From Vicinamibacterales bacterium (GTDB lineage Bacteria; Acidobacteriota; Vicinamibacteria; Vicinamibacterales; JAMQPK01): a stretch of DNA of 64,000 nucleotides. The notes under the pieces were generated by a model, which saw only the letters and a list, made by a program, of their open reading frames with translations, was not told the origin of the DNA and searched no databases. Location: NCBI GenBank assembly GCA_036556585.1, contig DATBJG010000415.1, positions 131 through 64,130 of the forward strand, in the 5' to 3' direction. Below are positions 58,474-64,000 of the stretch, piece after piece. A program made the translations under genes and the position numbers. How positions within the stretch are numbered: position 1 is the stretch's first letter; each line of letters starts with the position of its first letter.

Positions 58474-59745
58474 GTGCGCATCCACATCATCGGCATCAAC
58501 TACTGGCCGGAAGCCACCGGCATTGCTGTGTTCACCACAGGCCGTGCGGAGTACCTGGCGGCCTGCGGACACGAGGTGAACATGTGCGCCGCGGTGCCCT
58601 ACTACCCCGAATGGCGAGTCGCAAACGAGTATCGTCGACGCTCATTTGCGGTAGAGCGGCGTGGGGGTGTGAGAATCTTCCGGTGTCCTCTCTATGTCCC
58701 CGCGATTGCGACCACGTTCCGGCGCATTTTGCACGAGGGGTCGTTCGCCCTCGCGGCACTGGCGCGAAGTCTGTCGATGCCTCGCCCCGACGTGCTTCTC
58801 ATCGTGTCACCGCCACTGGGCTTGTCTCTGGTCGCATTCCTGCTGAGTTGCTGGTGGCGTGCGCCGTACGTGTTTCATGTTGCCGATCTTCAGCCAGATA
58901 CGGCGCTGGACCTCGGCATGATGAAGGCGGGCACCGTCGCGCGGTTTCTCTACGCACTGGAGCGATTTGCCTATCGGCATGCCGCCAAGGTGTCGACGTT
59001 GACCGATGCCATGCGCGCGAAAATCCTGGCGAAAGACATACCCCCGAAGAACGTCCTCCTCTTTTCAGATTGGGCCGATCCGCGCCTGTTTGATCTGGAA
59101 CCGGGGCGGCCCGACCCTGAGATCAGGCACGAGCTCAGACTCGACAATGACTTCATTGTTCTGCATGCGGGCAACATGGGCGTCAAGCAGGGGCTTCATG
59201 TGGTGCTCGAGGCGGCGCGGCGTACAAAAGATCCGACGATGCGGTATGTCTTCGTTGGCGATGGGGTGATGAGACACGAACTCGAGGCGCGTGCGCGTGC
59301 CATGAACCTTGCAAACGTGCGGTTTCTGCCGCTGCTGGATCGGGGTCGATTTGAACGCCTGCTCGCGGTCGCAGATCTCTGCCTCGTCACCCAGCAACGG
59401 ACCGTCGCTGACGTCGTGTTTCCTTCGAAGGTTCTTACCCTCCTGGCGGCCGCCAAACCGGTTGTGGCCTCCGTTGCGGCAGCCAGCGAAGTGGCGCGTG
59501 TGGTCAAAGCCGCGGAAGCGGGCGAGGTGGTGGCACCGGAAGATCCGGACCGGCTTGCGCGGGCGATTGCAAAGCTGCGAGGTAGCAAGGCGCGTCGAAG
59601 CCAAATGGCCGAGAGCGGGCGCAATTACGCACGACGGCACTGGGATCGCGACCGAACACTGCAGCATCTGGCAGCAAGACTTGAACGAATCATGGAGTCA
59701 CACCCCCACCGCATGCCTGCGCGCGAGGCGGTTCGTCGTTCATGA
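58474..59745 (+). CDS. Glycosyltransferase family 4, WcaI/WbuB-like
   Basis: GTG start giving MRIHIIGINYWPEATGIAVFTTGRAEYLAACGHEV (a WcaI-type N-terminus). Also IVLHAGNMGVKQGL and VVFPSKVLTLLAAAKPVVA. Confidence 0.85.
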   Translation: MRIHIIGINYWPEATGIAVFTTGRAEYLAACGHEVNMCAAVPYYPEWRVANEYRRRSFAVERRGGVRIFRCPLYVPAIATTFRRILHEGSFALAALARSLSMPRPDVLLIVSPPLGLSLVAFLLSCWWRAPYVFHVADLQPDTALDLGMMKAGTVARFLYALERFAYRHAAKVSTLTDAMRAKILAKDIPPKNVLLFSDWADPRLFDLEPGRPDPEIRHELRLDNDFIVLHAGNMGVKQGLHVVLEAARRTKDPTMRYVFVGDGVMRHELEARARAMNLANVRFLPLLDRGRFERLLAVADLCLVTQQRTVADVVFPSKVLTLLAAAKPVVASVAAASEVARVVKAAEAGEVVAPEDPDRLARAIAKLRGSKARRSQMAESGRNYARRHWDRDRTLQHLAARLERIMESHPHRMPAREAVRRS

Positions 59746-61889
59746 CAGTCACCGCGGTGACGTACGCGTCAGTGCCATGGCGACTGGAAGGACGTACGCC
59801 AGGCAGAGTGCTGTTGGTGCTTGTATCGTGGGGAACGTTGCTCTTTGGCGCGGTGTACCCATGGTCCTATGTTCCGCTGCTGAGCGCCGCGGTGATCTTC
59901 GGCCTCTTCGGGTGGCTGAGTGCGACCGCCGAGCAAAAAGCAGGGGCGATGCCAATTCTGATGGCCTTGCTGCTTGTGGCGGTTGTCGTCGTCATTCAAC
60001 TGATACCACTGCCGGTTGCATGGGTCGCGCGATTGAGCGGAGCCGCAGACGGCCTCTTGCGAGAGTACGACCTCGCGTACGGCATGGCGCGGGCGGCCGG
60101 TGATCAGCCTTGGCATGCAATGTCGATCTCGCCGGCGGCAACCGCCCGAGGGCTGTCGTTTCTGATTGCACTGGGTGTGTTCCTGGCGGGCTGCACGGTC
60201 TTGCTGCCGCGCATGTCAATGATCTGGCTGGTCCGTCGGCTGGTTGCGCTTGGAGTGGCTGTTGCGATTTTTGGCATCCTCCAGCGGCTGACATTCAACG
60301 ACCGGATTTACTGGGTCTGGACGCCCGTGAACGTCGCGAGCAACACGTTTGGCCCGTTCGTCAATCGAAATCACTTCGCAACCTGGATGCTGATGTTGAG
60401 TGCTCTGACTTCTGGCTACTTGTGTGGTCTGCTGGCAGAGGCCGCATCGCCAGCATCCAAATCGTGGCGCGACCGGGCGGCCTGGCTTTCGTCCAGCCGT
60501 ACCAACGAGATATTCCTCGCAGGTTGCAGTCTGGTGCTGATGCTCCTGTCCATTGTCTGGACGCTGTCGCGTTCGGGCATGGCCGCCGCCCTTACGTCCG
60601 CCATTCTCGTGTCGATGGGCTCGATGTTGCGACTGCGGGGCATCCGGCGGTTTGTGGCGGCCGGGTCCGTAATCGCGGCCCTGGCTGTAGCCGTCTTCTG
60701 GAGGGGGACGGGCGACGTCATCGAATGGTTCAGTCGCACCTCCAGCCTCGCCTGGCGGTTCCAGTTGTGGCAGGACACATGGCCAATCGTCCGTGACTTT
60801 CCGTGGTGGGGGACCGGCCTCAATACCTATGGCGTGTCCACGCTCCTCTATCCGATGACCGATGGCAACTGGCATCCGAACGAGGCGCATAGCGACTATT
60901 TGCAACTGCTGAGCGAGGGTGGCGTGGTGCTCGTTGTGGCCGTCATTGCCGCGGTCACAACGGTCACGTGGCGTGTTTACCGCGCGTTCCGACAACCGCA
61001 ACGTACGCTAACCCGGTGGATCCGACTCGGTGCGGTCAGTGGCCTTGTGGCTGTGGCGATTCAGGAGAGCGTGGACTTCGGCCTGCAGATGCCCGGTAAC
61101 GCCACGATGTTTGTCGTGCTGCTGGCAATTGCGCTTCACGATGGACGAGGCAGAATGCATCCTCTGTCGCCTGTCTCACCGAGCCCGAGTCCGGTCTGGA
61201 TTTCCCAATCTGGCGGGCGACGCACGATTGCCGCGACGGGGATGTCACTTATTGCCGTGATAGTCGCAGGTTGCGGCACGCCGCCCACGCGTACTGATCT
61301 GCAGGTTGTTCGCCCCGGCGTCAGAGCGCAGTATCACGAGACAACAGGACGACTGCGCCTGCTCGAATTCGACGCCGACAAGAATGGCGCCGCAGACTCG
61401 ATCGCGCACATGGATGGCGCGCGTGTTCTGTTCATCGAGGTCGACGCCGACGAAGATGGAACAGTCGATCGATGGGACTACTACACACCCGAACGCAAGA
61501 TTGAAAAGACCGGCCTCGCGCGAGCGCGAGATGGAAAGCTCGATACGTGGATCGTGGAAGGCTCGAACGGCGCGGTAGAGCGTGTGGAGGTCTCCACGCA
61601 CCGTGATGGGGTGCCCAATCGCGTGGAGTACTTTGACGCCGGTCGACTGATACGGAGCGAAGAAGACACCAACGCAGACGGGCGCATCGACAAATGGGAA
61701 ACCTATCGCCTGCTGCCTGGAGGAAGTCCAAGCAACCCATTCGCGTATGCCGTCGCGACAGCGGCGTTCGATTTTTCTGCTCGCGGCAGGCCAGAGCGTC
61801 GGTTCATTTACTCACCTACCGGAGGAATCGAGCGGGTTGAGGTCGACCCCGACGGTCGCGGAATATTTGTCACGGTTTCAACCCGGTAA
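59742..61889 (+). CDS. O-antigen ligase family (Wzy_C domain) membrane protein fused to a C-terminal DxDxDG-repeat domain
   Basis: 715 aa. Residues 1-470 are polytopic with GPFVNRNHFATW, LSRSG, WWGTGLNTY and NEAHSDYLQLLSEGG. From Cys511 onward the sequence is a paralogue of the lipoprotein at 30456-31076 (EVDADEDGTVDRWDYY, DTNADGRIDKWETY). Confidence 0.8.
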   Translation: MTVTAVTYASVPWRLEGRTPGRVLLVLVSWGTLLFGAVYPWSYVPLLSAAVIFGLFGWLSATAEQKAGAMPILMALLLVAVVVVIQLIPLPVAWVARLSGAADGLLREYDLAYGMARAAGDQPWHAMSISPAATARGLSFLIALGVFLAGCTVLLPRMSMIWLVRRLVALGVAVAIFGILQRLTFNDRIYWVWTPVNVASNTFGPFVNRNHFATWMLMLSALTSGYLCGLLAEAASPASKSWRDRAAWLSSSRTNEIFLAGCSLVLMLLSIVWTLSRSGMAAALTSAILVSMGSMLRLRGIRRFVAAGSVIAALAVAVFWRGTGDVIEWFSRTSSLAWRFQLWQDTWPIVRDFPWWGTGLNTYGVSTLLYPMTDGNWHPNEAHSDYLQLLSEGGVVLVVAVIAAVTTVTWRVYRAFRQPQRTLTRWIRLGAVSGLVAVAIQESVDFGLQMPGNATMFVVLLAIALHDGRGRMHPLSPVSPSPSPVWISQSGGRRTIAATGMSLIAVIVAGCGTPPTRTDLQVVRPGVRAQYHETTGRLRLLEFDADKNGAADSIAHMDGARVLFIEVDADEDGTVDRWDYYTPERKIEKTGLARARDGKLDTWIVEGSNGAVERVEVSTHRDGVPNRVEYFDAGRLIRSEEDTNADGRIDKWETYRLLPGGSPSNPFAYAVATAAFDFSARGRPERRFIYSPTGGIERVEVDPDGRGIFVTVSTR

Positions 61890-61908
61890 GTCACCAACGA
61901 GGGATGTG

Positions 61909-62403
61909 ATGAAGCGTTTTCTCGCACTCGCACTTATCGTGGCCTGCACGCTTCCGACCGTCCCTGACGGTCGTCGCAGCGTGCATGCCCAATCGCTCGG
62001 GGTGATCTCGGGCTCAGCCCAGGGACCAGATGGCTCTATTGAAGGCGCACCGGTCGAATTACTAGACCCAGCGGGAAACGTCGTCGCACGGACGACGACG
62101 AATGCCGCCGGGATGTTCAACTTTCTTGGACTGCTGGCCGGCAACTACGTGGTGCAGATGCTGGGCATCAACGGTGCGACGGTTGCCACCTCGATCGTTG
62201 CTCTCACACCAGAGGTGATGTCGGAAACGGTCCCGTTGACCGCATCTGCGGCGGATATCGCGGCGGCCGGTGGCGTTGGCGGCGAGGAGTCGAGAAGGCG
62301 CCGACGGGCAGCAGCGTTGATCCTGGGCGCGGCGGCAGCCGCAGCCGGCACTGTCGGCGTCGGCATCATCTCCACCAGGGACGACGCGAGCCCTTCACGG
62401 TAA
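61909..62403 (+). CDS. Small secreted or lipid-anchored protein with a carboxypeptidase-regulatory-like beta-sandwich and an unusual basic/hydrophobic C-terminus
   Basis: The ATG at 61909 follows GAGGGA. The signal peptide is MKRFLALALIVAC. The core GVISGSAQGPDGSIEGAPVELLDPAGNVVARTTTNAAGMFNFLGLLAGNYVV fits the CarboxypepD_reg pattern. The tail is EESRRRRRAAALILGAAAAAAGTVGVGIISTRDD. Confidence 0.55.
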   Translation: MKRFLALALIVACTLPTVPDGRRSVHAQSLGVISGSAQGPDGSIEGAPVELLDPAGNVVARTTTNAAGMFNFLGLLAGNYVVQMLGINGATVATSIVALTPEVMSETVPLTASAADIAAAGGVGGEESRRRRRAAALILGAAAAAAGTVGVGIISTRDDASPSR

Positions 62404-62751
62404 GTCCGTGTTCTGCAAAAGGGCCCTGGCCTGTGCCGGCCCTCCCATCTCGTAGTCGTACACCAGTCCCTCTTCAATTGACGCATTGAACCGCGCGCCG
62501 ATCTCCGCGTGCGCGGGATGCTCGAGGTACGTCCGAAGACCGGCAAGGTCGTCGAAATCAATGACGCCACAGAATTCGAGGTTCGGGACGCCGTGCTCGT
62601 AACCAGCTCCGAAGGTGACTCGCCGGCCAATCCTGAATCCACGAATCGAGGAAATGTCGCGCAGCGCAACCTCGAGCGCATGCACGAAGGCCTCGCGCTC
62701 AGAAGCGGTCAGGTTGCGGCGAAGACGGAAGAGAACAATATGGCTCACCAT
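62395..62751 (-). CDS. Dabb (stress-responsive alpha/beta barrel) domain protein
   Basis: 118 aa with MVSHIVLFRLRRNLTASEREAF..., LEHPAHAEIGARF. Convergent with the upstream gene, overlapping it by 9 nt. Confidence 0.8.
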   Translation of the reverse strand: MVSHIVLFRLRRNLTASEREAFVHALEVALRDISSIRGFRIGRRVTFGAGYEHGVPNLEFCGVIDFDDLAGLRTYLEHPAHAEIGARFNASIEEGLVYDYEMGGPAQARALLQNTDLP

Positions 62752-62812
62752 TGTCTCGGGGCTCGGATTTGGGCTCTCGGCTCTCGCGGCTTCATTTGTC
62801 GAGGCTCGGATT

Positions 62813-63166
62813 TCAAGGTGTGCGCTTCTTCGAACGCTGCCGACGCGCGAATTTCTTGCGACGCTCGGCCCGACTCAGCTGGAACCTGGCGCGAGGGTCT
62901 TGGTGATTCCCTCCAGGTCGCCAGTCCGAGCCTCGCGCCTCAGTCGATCGACGCTTCCGGGTTTGCGCTTCAATGGCCGCCTCTGGTGAGTCCCAGATTC
63001 TGCCGCGCGCAAACCATTTCATTTCAGCCGTTGGATTCGTGCGCCGGAGCTGCACGAGCGTTGGCAGCAGGTCGGCCTGCTGGCGTGCGCGGAACGCAGT
63101 GGCCTGACCGTCAATCAGGATCGTCCAGTAAGTGAATCTGGGGGGCATTGGTTCGGCTCTCGGCAA
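62813..63166 (-). CDS. Hypothetical protein with a highly basic C-terminus
   Basis: 117-aa ORF (or start at Met7: MPPRFTYWTILIDGQATAFRA). It is flanked on both sides by heptamer-family repeats. I recognise no domain. Confidence 0.5.
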   Translation of the reverse strand: MPRAEPMPPRFTYWTILIDGQATAFRARQQADLLPTLVQLRRTNPTAEMKWFARGRIWDSPEAAIEAQTRKRRSTEARGSDWRPGGNHQDPRARFQLSRAERRKKFARRQRSKKRTP

Positions 63167-63373
63167 TTGGCTCTCGGACCGTCAACTTTCAACTCCTCGG
63201 ATTTCGCCGAGTTCCGAGAGCTGAAATCCGAGTTCCGCTTTGGATTATTCATCGGCACCCGACGAACCGCAATGATGCCGCTGCTCGCGATCTGGCCACT
63301 CTGGTCTAGAAGCTGTCTCATAAATACGGAAGCCGCGTGAAACATCGGTAGGATCGCCGTCGTACTCGACGGC

Positions 63374-63550
63374 ATGGACCTCACCGACGTGCAATGGGCC
63401 CTGCTCGAACCGACGTTCCGCCCGCGCCGTCGCCCGGACGGGCGCGGCCGCCGTGGACCGATCCGCGCGCTGCACCTGCGCGGTGAGACAGTGAAGCGGG
63501 TCAGCCTTATCGGGCGCAATTCTGGCGGCCCATTGTGCCGAAGTCAGTGA
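63374..63550 (+). pseudogene. Decayed fragment resembling the N-terminus of an IS5/IS4-family transposase (DUF4096-like)
   Basis: A 58-codon ORF reads MDLTDVQWALLEPTFRPRRRPDGRGRR.... A +2 frame continues ...PPWTDPRA, matching the usual LTDxQWxxIxPLLP...GRPRWxDxR pattern only if a frameshift is allowed. No catalytic DDE region follows. Confidence 0.3.
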
Positions 63551-63563
63551 GTCGAATTCCAGC

Positions 63564-63611
63564 TTGACACTATACTACGTTTACAGTAATACTACGCTAA
63601 CAGTATTACTG
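63564..63611 (+). promoter_or_regulatory. Candidate padR promoter with overlapping 10-bp inverted repeat operator
   Basis: TTGACA (63564-63569), a 17-nt spacer, then TAATAC (63587-63592). The inverted repeat is CAGTAATACT (63584-63593), 8 nt, AGTATTACTG (63602-63611). The ATG follows at 63622 after GAGGA. Confidence 0.4.
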
Positions 63612-63621
63612 AGGACGGAGT

Positions 63622-63954
63622 ATGGCACGCCGTGATGACGTTGCGGATCTCGAGGAGTTCGGCCGGTTCGGTGAGCCGGCACTGCTGATCCTCGTCAGCC
63701 TCGCCGACGGTCCCAAGCACGGCTACGCGATCACCGAAGACATCGCGTCCTTCGCAGGCGTGCGCTTCGGGCCAGGATCGCTCTACGGCGCGATCGCCAG
63801 GCTCGAATCGCGTGGCCTGATCGAGGGGCTGGACACGGAGGACCGGCGCAATCCCTACCAGCTCACCGCGGTCGGTGCGAAAGCGCTGCGCGCGCGGCTC
63901 GCCAGCATACAGTCAGTGGCGAAGGTCGGCCAGAGGCGGCTGGCGAAGGCGTGA
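63622..63954 (+). CDS. PadR family transcriptional regulator
   Basis: 110 aa with a winged-helix signature: LLILVSLADGPKHGYAITEDI...GPGSLYGAIARLESRGLIE. Confidence 0.88.
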   Translation: MARRDDVADLEEFGRFGEPALLILVSLADGPKHGYAITEDIASFAGVRFGPGSLYGAIARLESRGLIEGLDTEDRRNPYQLTAVGAKALRARLASIQSVAKVGQRRLAKA

Positions 63955-64000
63955 CCTGGCTGATTCGGCTCTATCCGCCGGCCTGGCGTCGCCGCTATGG
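63951..64000 (+). CDS. 5' end of an unidentified ORF translationally coupled to padR (runs off the window)
   Basis: The GTG at 63951 (GTGA overlap) gives VTWLIRLYPPAWRRRYG. Only 16 codons are visible. Confidence 0.3.
   Translation, partial: MTWLIRLYPPAWRRRY

Noticed and set aside
62230-62403. PEP-CTERM / exosortase sorting signal at the C-terminus of the last locus protein
   Set aside because: There is no PEP motif, and the basic cluster precedes rather than follows the hydrophobic helix. No exosortase (EpsH-like) protein was recognised in the locus.

Overview
This is a high-GC bacterial chromosomal window. It contains a replication-origin neighbourhood followed by a very large envelope-glycan locus. 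The protein motifs look Acidobacteria-like, but that is only an impression.

On the minus strand at the left edge are gyrA (5' part, runs off the window), gyrB, dnaN and dnaA. From 6.9 kb to 62.4 kb every gene I can support is on the plus strand. In order these are:
- rpmH-rnpA-yidD-yidC-jag-mnmE-mnmG-rsmG, a parS palindrome, and parA-parB
- atpHAGDC, with no atpBEF in the window
- a first Wzm/Wzt glycan ABC exporter plus an hldC-like nucleotidyltransferase
- mfd, a SurA-like chaperone, a specialised NusG paralogue and dusB
- a tightly packed polysaccharide locus of about 32 kb (30.4-62.4 kb)

The polysaccharide locus contains a DxDxDG-repeat lipoprotein, a degenerate sigma54-type AAA+ regulator and a GDP-mannose 3,5-epimerase-like enzyme. 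It also has a beta-barrel candidate with a short Wza, a Wzc tyrosine kinase and a WbaP-like initiating transferase. The rest comprises about 12 glycosyltransferases, 3 methyltransferases, 2 acyl/acetyltransferases, a second Wzm/Wzt pair, and an O-antigen-ligase-family protein fused to a second copy of the lipoprotein domain.

The right edge holds a Dabb protein, a basic hypothetical protein, a decayed IS5-like fragment and a PadR regulator.

I found no rRNA, tRNA, CRISPR array, intact mobile element or recognisable defence system.

The most unusual signals are:
- the paralogous lipoprotein/ligase-fusion pair that brackets the glycan locus
- the catalytically degenerate enhancer-binding-protein homologue
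- the mixed Wzy-type/ABC-type architecture with no visible Wzx flippase
- a dispersed family of heptamer-periodic intergenic repeats
- a shared 23-nt hairpin terminator element

All functional calls come from reading the translations by eye. No database search was run.
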